DNA of 64,000 nucleotides from Squalus acanthias. Lineage: Eukaryota. The DNA is taken from positions 260,524,001 to 260,588,000 of the forward strand of contig CM059425.1 in the NCBI GenBank assembly GCA_030390025.1, written 5' to 3'. Every line of letters begins with the position of its first letter. Positions within the stretch are counted from its first letter, which is position 1. The translations under genes were made by a program, and so were the position numbers. This document shows positions 33,618 to 45,399 of the stretch, in pieces. Under the pieces are notes generated by a model that saw only the letters and a program-made list of their open reading frames with translations, did no database searches and was not told the origin of the DNA.

Positions 33618-36600
33618 TTGATAACGGGGGGTTTGTGTTTTTGATAATGGAGGGTTTGTGTTTTTGATAACGGAGGGTTTGTGTTTTTGATAACGGGGGG
33701 TTTGTGTTTTTGATAACGGAGGGTTTGTGTTTTTGATAACGGAGGGTTTCTGTTTTTGATAAAGGAGGGTTTGTGTTTTTGATAAAGCAGGGTTTGGGTT
33801 TTTGATAATGGAGGGTTTGTGTTTTTGATAAAGGAGGGTTTGGGTTTTTGATAAAGGAGAGTTTGTGTTTTTGATAATGGAGGGTTTGTGTTTTTGATAA
33901 AGGAGGGTTTGGGTTTTTGATAAAGCAGGGTTTGGGTTTTTGATAATGGAGGGTTTGTGTTTTTGATAAAGGAGGGTTTGGGTTTTTGATAAAGCAGGGT
34001 TTGGGTTTTTGATAATGGAGGGTTTGTGTTTTTGATAACGGGGGGTTTGTGTTTTTGATAACGGGGGGTTTGTGTTTTTGATAACGGGGGGTTTGTGTTT
34101 TTGATAACGGGGGGTTTGTGTTTTTGATAACGGGGGGTTTGTGTTTTTGATAAAGGAGGGTTTGTGTTTTTGATAACGGGGGGTTTGTGTTTTTGATAAC
34201 GGAGGGTTTGTGTTTTTGATAATGGAGGGTTTGTGTTTTTGATAACGGAGGGTTTGGGTTTTTGATAACGGGGGGTTTGTGTTTTTCATAATGGAGGGTT
34301 TGTGTTTTTGATAACGGAGGGTTTGTGTTTTTGATAATGGAGGGTTTGTGTTTTTGATAATGGAGGGTTTGTGTTTTTGATAATGGAGGGTTTGTGTTTT
34401 TGATAAGGGAGGGTTTGTGTTTTTGATAACAGAGGGTTTGTGTTTTTGATAACGGAGGGTTTGTGTTTTTGATAACGGAGGGTTTGTGTTTTTGATAACG
34501 GAGGGTTTGTGTTTTTGATAATGGAGAGTTTGTGTTTTTGATAAGGGAGGGTTTGTGTTTTTGATAATGGAGGGTTTGTGTTTTTGATAAGGGAGGGTTT
34601 GTGTTTTTGATAACAGAGGGTTTGTGTTTTTGATAATGGAGGGTTTGTGTTTTTGATAATGGAGGGTTTGGGTTTTTGATAATGGAGGGTTTGGGTTTTT
34701 GATAAAGGAGGGTTTGTGTTTTTGATAACGGAGGGTTTGGGTTTTTGATAATGGAGGGTTTGTGTTTATGATAACGGAGGGTTTGGGGTTTTGATAACGG
34801 AGGGTTTGTGTTTTTGATAACAGAGGGTTTGTGTTTTTGATAACGGAGGGTTTGTGTTTTTGATAACGGAGGGTTTGTGTTTTTGATAACGGAGGGTTTG
34901 TGTTTTTGATAACGGGGGTTTGTGTTTTTGATAATGGAGGGTTTGTGTTTTAGATAACGGAGGGTTTCTGTTTTTGATAAAGGAGGGTTTGGGTTTTTGA
35001 TAAAGGAGGGTTTGGGTTTTTGATAATGGAGAGTTTGTGTTTTTGATAATGGAGGGTTTGTGTTTTTGATAAAGGAGGGTTTGGGTTTTTGATAATGGAG
35101 GGTTTGTGTTTTTGATAACGTGGGGTTTGTGTTTTTGATAACGGGGGTTTGTGTTTTTGATAACGGGGGTTTGGGTTTTTGATAAAGCAGGGTTTGTGTT
35201 ATTGATAATGGAGGGTTTGTGTTTTTGATAATGGAGGGTTTGTGTTTATGATAATGGAGGGTTTGGGTTTTTGATAATGGAGGGTTTGTGTTTATGATAA
35301 CGGAGGGTTTGGGGTTTTGATAATGGAGGGTTTGTGTTTTTGATAACGGAGGGTTTGTGTTTTTGATAACGGAGGGTTTGTGTTTTTGATAATGGAGGGT
35401 TTGTGTTTTTGATAATGGAGGGTTTGTGTTTTTGATAATGGAGGGTTTGTGTTTTTGATAACAGAGGGTTTGTGTTTTTGATAACGGAGGGTTTGTGTTT
35501 TTGATAACGGAGGGTTTGTGTTTTTGATAATGGAGGGTTTGTGTTTTTGATAACGGAGAGTTTGTGTTTTTGATAACGGGGGGTTTGTGTTTTTGATAAT
35601 GGAGGGTTTGTGTTTTTGATAATGGAGGGTTTGTGTTTTTGATAATGGAGGGTTTGTGTTTTTGATAACGGAGGGTTTGTGTTTTTGATAACGGAGGGTT
35701 TGTGTTTTTGATAACGGGGGGTTTGTGTTTTTGATAACGGGGGTTTGTGTTTTTGATAACGGGGGGTTTGTGTTTTTGATAACGGAGGGTTTGGGTTTTT
35801 GATAACGGGGCTTTTGTGTTTTTGATAATGGGGGGTTTGTGTTTTTGATAACAGAGGGTTTGTGTTTTTGATAACGGAGGGTTTGTGTTTATGATAACGG
35901 AGGGTTTGTCTTTTTGATAATGGAGGGTTTGTGTTTTTGATAACGGGGGTTTGTGTTTTTGATAACGGGGGTTTGTGTTTTTGATAAAGGAGGGTTTGTG
36001 TTTTTGATAATGGAGGGTTTGTGTTTTGGATAATGGAGGGTTTGTGTTTTTGATAACGGGGGGTTTGTGTTTTTGATAACGGAGGGTTTGTGTTTTTGAT
36101 AACGAGGGGTTTGTGTTTTGGATAATGGAGAGTTTGTGTTTTTGATAATGGAGGGTTTGTGTTTTTGATAATGGAGGGTTTGGGTTTTTGATAAAGGAGT
36201 GTTTGGGTTTTTGATAATGGAGGGTTTGTGTTTTTGATAAAGGAGGGTTTGTGTTTTTGGTAATGGAGGGTTTGTGTTTTTGATAACGGAGTGTTAGTGT
36301 TTTTGATAACGGAGGGTTTGTGTTTTTGATAATGGAGGGTTTTTGTTTTTGATAAAGGAGGGTTTGGGTTTTTGATAATGGAGGGTTTGAGTTTTTGATA
36401 ATGGAGGGTTTGGGTTTTTGATAATGGAGGGTTTGGGTTTTTGATAATGGAGGGTTTGGGTTTTTGATAATGGAGGGTTTGTGTTTTTGATAATGGAGGG
36501 TTTGTGTTTTTGATAATGGAGGGTTTGTGTTTTTGATAATGGAGGGTTTGTGTTTTTGATAACGGAGGGTTTGTGTTTTTGATAACGGAGGGTTTGTGTT

Positions 36601-37879
36601 TTTGATAACGGGGGGTTTGTGTTTTTGATAATGGAGGGTTTGTGTTTTTGATAATGGAGGGTTTGTGTTTTTGATAACGGGGGGTTTGTGTTTTTGATAA
36701 CGGGGGGTTTGTGTTTTTGATAACGGGGGGTTTGTGTTTTTGATAATGGAGGGTTTGAGTTTTTGATAATGGAGGGTTTGTGTTTTTGATAAAGGAGGGT
36801 TTGTGTTTTTGATAACGGAGGGTTTGTGTTTTTGATAACGGAGGGTTTGTGTTTTTGATAACGGGGGGTTTGTGTTTTTGACAACGGAGGGTTTGTGTTT
36901 TTGATAACGGGGGGTTTGTGTTTTTGATAATGGAGGGTTTGTGTTTTTGATAATGGAGGGTTTGTGTTTTTGATAACGGGGGGTTTGTGTTTTTGATAAC
37001 GGGGGGTTTGTGTTTTTGATAACGCTGGGTTTGTGTTTTTGACAACGGAGGGTTTGGGTTTTTGATAACGGGGGGTTTGTGTTTTTGATAACGAGGGGTT
37101 TGTGTTTTTGATAACGGAGGGTTTGTGTTTTTGATAACGGAGGGTTTGTGTTTTTGATAACGGGGGATTTGTGTTTTGGATAATGGAGGGTTTGTGTTTT
37201 TGATAATGGAGGGTTTGTGTTTTTGATAACGGAGGGTTTGTGTTTTTGATAACAGAGGGTTTGTGTTTTTGATAATGGAGGGTTTGTGTTTTTGATAACG
37301 GAGGGTTTGTGCTTTTGATAATGGAGGGTTTGTGTTTTTGATAACGGAGGGTTTGTGTTTTTGATAATGGAGGGTTTGTGTTTTTGATAACGGAGAGTTT
37401 GTGTTTTTGATAATGGGGGGTTTGTGTTTTTGATAATGGAGGGTTTGTGTTTTTGATAACGGAGGGTTTGTGTTTTTGATAATGGAGTGTTTGTGTTTTT
37501 GATAATGGAGGGTTTGTGTTTTTGATAACGGAGATTTTTTTTTTGATAAAGGAGGGTTTGTGTTTTTGATAACGGAGGGTTTGCGTTTTTGATAATGGAG
37601 GGTTTGCGTTTTTGATAAAGGAGGGTTTGTGTTTTTGATATGGAGGGTTTGTGTTTTTGATAACGGGGGGTTTGTGTTTTTGATAACGGAGGGTTTGTGT
37701 TTTTGATAACGGAGGGTTTGTGTTTTTGACAACGGAGGGTTAGTGTTTTTGATAACGGAGGGTTTGTGTTTTTGATAATGGAGGGTTTGTGTTTTTGATA
37801 AAGGAGGGTTTGGGTTTTTGATAATGGAGGGTTTGAGTTTTTGATAAAGGCGGGTTTGGGTTTTTGATAACGGAGGCTT
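33618..37879. repeat. 23-bp satellite array, block 1
   Basis: Tandem GATAAYGGAGGGTTTGTGTTTTT with point variants. Confidence 0.98.
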
Positions 37880-38236
37880 GGGGTAGAAATTAGGTCGCGC
37901 CCCATTTGGGGCGCAAATATCGTCCGCGCGCAAATATTAGCGCCTGGCGCTAATTATCGGCACTGACAGGAAACTTCACTTTTACCGCCCCGGGAGGTGA
38001 GTGGAGCACTAAATTAGGCGCTGCACACCTCTCTTAAGGCGCAAAGGCCTAGGAGTGAGGCGCTACCTCAGCGCACGAGCGCAGCGCAGCTGCTGCCAGT
38101 TAGCGAGGGAACACAGACACACTGGCGCCGGACACTTCTTAAAGCGGGGGGGGCCACTTGCTCCCCAGCCACACCCTGCTCATTGCAGCCTTGAATCTCA
38201 GCCTGGAGAGACCTGTAATCCATTTTGCTGCCAAGC

Positions 38237-40115
38237 ATGGAGAGGGTGAGAGAACGCGCTCATCGCTTCACCGAGCGGGCCTTGGATGCTCTGGTTGACG
38301 CAGTGGAGCGCAGACGATGCATGCTGTTCCCGGAGAGTGGCAGGAGGCCTTTGCCACGCGAGTTCAGAAGAGTGTGGAGGGAGGTGGCTCAGAGCGTCTC
38401 CTCCAGGAGCATGGTGCCCAGGACCCATGTTCAGTGCCGCAAAAAGTTCAACGACCTCACTCGGGTCGTCAGGGTGAGTGGCTTTTTCTCAATACCTCTC
38501 CATCCCTCCATCTCAACCTCACTCTATGGCCAGAGGGTCTTAAAACCCCAATGCACAACACTCATGCAACACCTATGGCCCTTTCATCAAACACACACAC
38601 ACATTCCACACTTTGCATACAGTAAGGGCTATTCACCTATGGGAGGCACATCAGGCAAGACCATGGCTGCATATTGTAAGGGCTATTCACCTATGGGAGG
38701 CACATCAGGCAAGACCATGGCTGTATATTGACTCAGATGCTGTCCTTTTTCTTGCAGGCTAAGCTGGCTCATAATCGGAGACAGCAGCAACGGACGGGTG
38801 GAGGGCGGCTTCAGCTGCAACCCCTCAGCGATCTGGAGGAGCGCGTCCACAGGATTGTGGCAAGCCGGGTGATCGGTCCCGTCGCCACTGGAGACGCCGA
38901 CCCCGTTTTGTCCTCTGTCCTTCCACTTGTCCCTCACAATACCAGCCTTTGACACTTTCAATCCAACTTGCTAACTCGCTGCACTTATTCCTCCCTTACT
39001 GCCACCCTGTCCTCACGCTAAAGCCACTCTTGTACCTCCCTGCTTTCAGATGGTGATTCACCAGCTGAGGAGATGGTCCCTGAAGCTGCCACTGGGAGTG
39101 ATGCTGCAGCTGAGGAGGAAGAGGAAGCCGGAGCATCAGTGCCACCCTCTCCCGAGGAAGCCCATGGCCACACTGGGAACACGCCTTCCCCGGAGGGGAG
39201 CAGGGGGGAAGGGGCTGATGATGGTGAAGTTCCAGGACCCAGCGGGCTGCAGCAACGCCATTGGGGGGGGAGGGAAGAACGGGGGAGCAGGGGGGAAGGG
39301 GCTGATGATGGTGAAGCTCCAGGACCCAGCGGGCTGCAGCCACGCCATGGGGGGGGAGGGAAGAACGGGAGCCTTCTCCCCAGAGGGAGAGTATGCCAGA
39401 CACTCCTAATGCAATGGACGCAGAGGAGGAGCGGCTGATTGCAGAAATGAACAGCCAGGCGGTGGGCATGCACACTGAGCTCATGGGTGCAGTGGGAAGG
39501 GTGCCCGAATGCATTGAGGCACTGGCAAGGAGTGTGGAGCACTTCGCTGTAGCACAGGCGGATGCCACACTAAAGCTTAGTGCTGCAATTCAGTCACTGG
39601 CTGCCAGGAACCCATCTGAGACTGCTCTCATGCAGACTCAGATTGAGGCAACGCGAGCACTGACTGCTGCCATCCTCGATGGTTCGTGCACATGTCCCCG
39701 GGGCTGTCACCGCGCCGCAGCAGGCCAGCAATCTGTTCTCCGGCAAATTGCTCCGGATGCTGAAGTGCTGCCCCGTGGGAGTGCCAGTGTGTCGGGCGAG
39801 CAGGGAGTTGCTGTCCTCTCTCACGATGACAGCATTCCTGCTGCCAACACTGTCACTTCTCCACTGCACTTGCCACCGCCTGTAGGACAGACTGCTGCCG
39901 CCCATGCAGAGTTGGTGCAGTCTGCAGCCGGGCCCTCCAGGCCCAGAAGTGGTCGAGGCCGTCCTTCAGGGGCATCTGCAGTGTCAGGGTCTGACAAGCA
40001 GCAGCCTTCCACCAGCCTTGCTGCAGCCACTGAGGTCCCATTACGGAGGAGCAGTAGGGTTAGAAGGGGGGAAGTGCGCAAGGGAAGGAGATCACCCTCG
40101 AAGGGCAAAAAGTAG
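38237..40115 (+). CDS. Harbinger Myb/SANT-like DNA-binding protein, 3 exons (38237-38473, 38758-~38905, 39050-40115); exon 3 frameshifted in this copy
   Basis: RFTERALDALVDAV...WREVA...RTHVQCRKKFNDL Myb/SANT motif; donor AGG|gtgagt; acceptors ttgcag| and tttcag|. G8 at 39349-39356 versus G9 in copy 2 breaks the frame. Confidence 0.82.
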
Positions 40116-40409
40116 GAGGTGTGCCAAAATGCTGGTCATTTTTTTATTAAAGGCCGAGGTTCATGGCCCAACTTTTGTTTAGTGTTTTGGACATTATCTC
40201 CAGGTTGTGAGAACCAGTTATGTTATTGACTGTTTTTTTGTGTTTATTTCTATGAGTTTGTCATGAGGAATTGACACACACAGAGTTTGTACAATAAATA
40301 AGTTTCTGTATTCAAAATATACATGGCTGGTGGTTGGAATTATTGGTGCCTTGGCCGGCTTAGGGGTTGCGTGCTGGGTTGATTCGTGTTTGTAGCACTG
40401 GCAGGGGCC

Positions 40410-41570
40410 CTAGAAGCGGCTTGCTATTAGTCGTTGACGGACGGCCCTTGCAGTTTGACCATTGTGGGCCGCCCTCCTGCCTTGGTGCTGCTGCTGATCA
40501 TCGTCCTCGGCCTGTTCCTCCTCTTCCTCCTCCTCCTCTTGTGGTGCTGCAAGGCCTGGTGGCATTGGCTGCGTCCTGAGGATTGCCATGTTGTGCAACA
40601 TGCAGCACACCACTACGAATTTGGAAACTTGCTCAGGCGAGTACTGCAGGGCTCCTCCGGAATGGTCCAGACAGCGGAATCGTTGTTTGAGCACGCCGAT
40701 TGTGCGCTCAATAATGTTCCTGGTTGCTTGTTGGCTTTCCTGGTACCGCAGCTCAGCAGGGGTGTTTGGCGCACGGAGCGGTGTCATCAGCCAGGTGCTC
40801 AATGCGTACCCCTTGTCCCCCAGAAGCCAACCAACTGGCTGATGCGGTGCCTCGAAAATTTCTGCCACAGTACTCTGGCGCAGGATGAAAGCATCGTGGC
40901 AGCTGCCCGGATAGTGGGCATTGACAGCGAGAATCACCTGTCTGTGGTCACAGACCAACTGCACATTCAAGGAATGGAACCCCTTTCTGTTCCGGAACTC
41001 CTCTGCATTCTCTCGCGGAGCACGCAAAGCCACATGCGTGCAGTCAATGGCGCCCTGCACCATGGGGAAGCCCGCTACCCTCGCAAAGCCCATAGCACGG
41101 TCATGCTGCTTGTCTGGGGTCATAGGGAAGGAGATGAAGTCTCGTCTCCTTGTGAAGAGGGCATTGGTGACCTGCCGGATGCAGCGATGCACCGCAAACT
41201 GGGAGATATTGGCGAGGTCCCCAACAGCAGCTTGGAATGAGCCAGTGGCGTAGAAGTTCAAAGCCACTGTGACCTTCACTGCCACCGACAGAGACGTCCT
41301 GGACCTCAGCTGAGGCTGCAGATCTGGCTGCAGCAGGTGGCAGAGCTCAGTGACCACCTCCTTGCTGAATCGCAGCCTTCGCAAACACAGCTCCTCGGAC
41401 ATGTGGATGTAGGAGAGCTGTTCACGATATACCCTGGGAGGGTAAGCTCTCCTGTACATGCGCCTGATGGCCCTCCTCCGTCTGGCCATCATTGCCACTC
41501 TCTGTCTGCGTCTCACCATCCTCCGATTGAGCTGGAGCAGGACGACGCCCCCAATCATTGCAGCCCCCAT
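40410..41570 (-). CDS. Harbinger (HARBI1-like) DDE transposase, 386 aa, intact
   Basis: HTH region (ALNFYATGSFQ..VGDLANISQ), GAIDCTH, NRKGFHSLNVQ, PGSCHDA, GDKGY and IERTIGVLKQRF. Confidence 0.95.
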   Translation of the reverse strand: MGAAMIGGVVLLQLNRRMVRRRQRVAMMARRRRAIRRMYRRAYPPRVYREQLSYIHMSEELCLRRLRFSKEVVTELCHLLQPDLQPQLRSRTSLSVAVKVTVALNFYATGSFQAAVGDLANISQFAVHRCIRQVTNALFTRRRDFISFPMTPDKQHDRAMGFARVAGFPMVQGAIDCTHVALRAPRENAEEFRNRKGFHSLNVQLVCDHRQVILAVNAHYPGSCHDAFILRQSTVAEIFEAPHQPVGWLLGDKGYALSTWLMTPLRAPNTPAELRYQESQQATRNIIERTIGVLKQRFRCLDHSGGALQYSPEQVSKFVVVCCMLHNMAILRTQPMPPGLAAPQEEEEEEEEQAEDDDQQQHQGRRAAHNGQTARAVRQRLIASRF

Positions 41571-42082
41571 ATTCTCTTTGCCAGAAAAGTAATGAGGTAC
41601 AGCAACGAAAGTAGCAGCAAACTTAGGATGAACTAGGCAAAACTACCTCACAAAGCGTTGAGTCAATGTAGAAGTCTCTCTCTCTCTCTCTCCGAATCTC
41701 TCTCTCTCTCTCAGAACGAGTGGTGCATAAATGTCGACCACAGAAAAAGACAGGAAGAGGCCCCCTTTAAATAGCGCCCCCCCCAGCCCCACACCGATTG
41801 ATAGCGTTCCAGTCTTCCGGTCGTTGGAAGCGCCAGGCGGTAAGGCAGGGGGCGCCACTCAATTTCCGCTCCGGGGCGCCCCAAGGGCGTTGCACCACGG
41901 AATGACGTCACAATCTGCGCGCGCAGGTGGTCGCAGCGGTAAGTTTTAGCGCCGCCGCACAATCTCAAGTTAAGTTCTCGAGCGGCGCAAACAGCGCTGC
42001 GCCCGGGCGTTAGCGCCTTAACGCCCCATTAGCGCCCTTTTAAGGCGCTAACGGGAGGCGCAACCAACTGAATTTTTACCCC

Positions 42083-45042
42083 TTTGTGTTTTTGATAATG
42101 GAGGGTTTGGGTTTTTGATAACGGAGAGTTTGTTTTTTTGATAACGGGGGGTTTGTGTTTTTGATAATGGAGGGTTTGTGTTTTTGATAATGGAGGGTTT
42201 GTGTTTTTGATAACGGAGGGTTTGTGTTTTTGATAATGGAGTGTTTGTGTTTTTGATAATGGAGGGTTTGTGTTTTTGATAATGGAGGGTTTGGGTTTTT
42301 GATAATGGAGGGTTTGTGTTTTTGATAAAGGAGGGTGTGCGTTTTTGATAATGGAGGGTTTGTGTTTTTGATAATGGAGAGTTTGTGTTTATGATAACGG
42401 ACAGTTTGGGCTTTTGATAACGGGGGGTTAGTGTTTTTGATAACGGAGGGTTTGTGTTTTCGATAATGGAGGGTTTGTGTTTTTGATAATGGAGGGTTTG
42501 TGTTTTTGATAATGGCGGGTTTCTGTTTTTAATAACGGGGGGTTTGTGTTTTTGATAACGGGGGGTTTGTGTTTTTAATAACGGGGGGTTTGTGTTTTTG
42601 ATAATGGCGGGTTTCTGTTTTTAATAACGGGGGGTTTGTGTTTTTGATAATGGCGGGTTTCTGTTTTTAATAACGGGGGGTTTGTGTTTTTGATAACGGG
42701 GGGTTTGTGTTTTTAATAACGGGGGGTTTGTGTTTTTGATAACGGGGGGGTTGTGTTTTTGATAACGGGGGCTTTGTGTTTTTGATAATGGAGGGTTTGT
42801 GTTTTTGATAACGGGGGTTTGTGTTTTTGATAACGGGGGGTTTGTGTTTTTGATAACGGAGGGTTTGGGTTTTTGATAACGGGGGGTTTGTGTTTTTGAT
42901 AACGGGGGGTTTGAGTTTTTGATAACGGGGGTTTGTGTTTTTGATAATGGAGGGTTTGTGTTTTTGATAAAGGAGGGTTTGGGTTTTTGATAAAGGATGG
43001 TTTGGGTTTTTGATAATGGAGAGTTTGTGTTTTTGATAATGGAGGGTTTGTGTTTTTGATAAAGGAGGTTTTGGGTTTTTGATAAAGGAGGGTTTGGGTT
43101 TTTGATAATGGAGGGTTTGTGTTTTTGATAATGGAGGGTTTGTGTTTATGATAACGGAGGGTTTGGGGTTTTGATAATGGAGGGTTTGTGTTTTTGATAA
43201 CGGAGGGTTTGTGTTTTTGATAACGGAGGGTTTGTGTTTTTGATAACAGAGGGTTTGTGTTTTTGATAATGGAGGGTTTGTGATTTTGATAACAGAGGGT
43301 TTGTGTTTTTGATAACGGAGGGTTTGTGTTTTTGATAACGGAGGGTTTGTGTTTTTGATAACAGAGGGTTTGTGTTTTTGATAATGGAGGGTTTGTGTTT
43401 TTCATAATAGAGGGTTTGTGTTTTTGATAACGGAGAGTTTGTGTTTTTGATAATGGGGGGTTTGTGTTTTTGATAATGGAGGGTTTGTGTTTTTGATAAT
43501 GGAGAGTTTGGGTTTTTGATAATGGGGGTTTGTGTTTTTGATAACGGAGGGTTTGTGTTTTTGATAATGGGGGTTTGTGTTTTTGATAATGGAGAGTTTG
43601 GGTTTTTGATAATGGAGGGTTTGTGTTTTTGAAAACGGAGGGTGTTATTTTGAAAAAGGAGGGTTTGTGTTTTTGATAACGGAGGGTTTGTGTTTTTGAT
43701 AATGGAGTGTTTGTGTTTTTGATAATGGAGAGTTTGGGTTTTTGATAATGGAGGGTTTGTGTTTTTGATAATGGAGGGTTTGTGTTTTTGATAATGGAGA
43801 GTTTGGGTTTTTGATAATGGAGTGTTTGTGTTTTTGATAACGGAGAGTTTGGGTTTTTGATAATGGAGGGTTTGTGTTTTTGATAACGGAGGTTTTTTTT
43901 TGATAAAGTAGGGTTTGTGTTTTTGATAACGGAGGGTTTGTGTTTTTGATAAAGGAGGGTTTGTGTTTTTGATAATGGAGGGTTTGTGTTTTTGCTAACG
44001 GAGGGTTTGTGTTTTTGATAACGGAGGGTTAGTGTTTTTGATAACGGAGGGTATGTGTTTTTGATAATGGAGGGTTTGTGTTTTTGATAAAGGAGGGTTT
44101 TGGTTTTTGATAATGGAGGGTTTGTGTTTTTGATAATGGAGGGTTTGGGTTTTTGATAATGGAGGGTTTGTGTTATTGATAATGGAGGGTTTGGCTTTTT
44201 GATAATGGAGGGTTTATGTTTTTGATAAAGGCGGGTTTGGGTTTTTGATAACGGAGGGTTTGTGTTTTTGATAACGGAGGGTTTGTGTTTTTGATAACGG
44301 GGGGTTTGTGTTTTTGATAACGGAGGGTTTGTGTTTTTGATAATGGAGGGTTTGTGTTTTTGATAATGGAGAGTTTGTGTTTTTGATAACGGGGGGGTTT
44401 GTGTTTTTGATTATGGTCGGTTTGTGTTTATGATAATGGATGGTTTGGGTTTTCAATAATGGAGGGTTTGTATTTTTGATAATGGAGGGTTTGTGTTTAT
44501 GATAATGGAGGGTTTGTATTTTTGATAATGGAGGGTTTGTGTTTATGATAATGGAGGGTTTGGGTTTTTGATAATGGAGGGTTTGTGTTTTTGATAACGG
44601 AGGGTTTGTGTTTTTGATAATGGAGGGTTTGTGTTTTTGATAATGGAGGGTTTGGGTTTTTGATAATGGAGGGTTTGGGTTTTTGATAAAGGAGGGTTTG
44701 TGTTTTTGATAACGGAGGGTTTGGGTTTTTGATAATGGAGGGTTTGTGTTTATGATAACGGAGGGTTTGGGGTTTTGATAATGGAGGGTTTGTGTTTTTG
44801 ATATGGAGGGTTTGTGTTTTTGATAACGGGGGGTTTGTGTTTTTGATAACGGAGGGTTTGTGTTTTTGATAACGGAGGGTTTGTGTTTTTGACAACGGAG
44901 GGTTAGTGTTTTTGATAACGGAGGGTTTGTGTTTTTGATAATGGAGGGTTTGTGTTTTTGATAAAGGAGGGTTTGGGTTTTTGATAATGGAGGGTTTGAG
45001 TTTTTGATAAAGGCGGGTTTGGGTTTTTGATAACGGAGGCTT
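42083..45042. repeat. 23-bp satellite array, block 2
   Basis: Same unit, between the two transposons. Confidence 0.98.
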
Positions 45043-45399
45043 GGGGTAGAAATTAGGTCGCGCCCCATTTGGGGCGCAAATATCGTCCGCGCGCAAATAT
45101 TAGCGCCTGGCGCTAATTATCGGCACTGACAGGAAACTTCACTTTTACCGCCCCGGGAGGTGAGTGGAGCGCTAAATTAGGCGCTGCACACCTCTCTTAA
45201 GGCGCAAAGGCCTAGGAGTGAGGCGCTACCTCAGCGCACGAGCGCAGCGCAGCTGCTGCCAGTTAGCGAGGGAACACAGACACACTGGCGCCGGACACTT
45301 CTTAAAGCGGGGGGGGCCACTTGCTCCCCAGCCACACCCTGCTCATTGCAGCCTTGAATCTCAGCCTGGAGAGACCTGTAATCCATTTTGCTGCCAAGC

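Larger units (their letters stand above)
37880..42082 (+). mobile_element. Full-length PIF/Harbinger DNA transposon, copy 1 (4203 bp)
   Basis: Imperfect TIR GGGGTAGAAATT / AATTTTTACCCC, subterminal TAGCGCC/GGCGCTA repeats, and convergent Myb-like and DDE transposase genes. Confidence 0.95.

Noticed and set aside
33561-37933. Very long minus-strand ORFs (1441 aa, 895 aa and similar ones to 62.5 kb) of KNTNPPLSKTQTLRYQKHKPS repeats
   Set aside because: The C/A-rich strand of the 23-bp unit has no stop codon in any frame, so all frames give the same 23-aa cycle. Units with 1-bp indels are common. This is a satellite artefact.
40434-41240. 268-aa plus-strand ORF with a hydrophobic stretch (also 47598-48404)
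   Set aside because: Antisense shadow of the transposase; the Leu run is the complement of the Glu tract.
40410-41570. Domesticated host gene HARBI1
   Set aside because: It lies inside TIRs with a partner Myb gene, is duplicated and has matching MITEs, so it is a transposon gene.
37877-42085. Two independent target-specific insertions with perfect TSDs
   Set aside because: Flanks read ctt/ttt (possibly CTT with one C lost) identically in both copies, and rare array variants are shared, which favours duplication of a single insertion.
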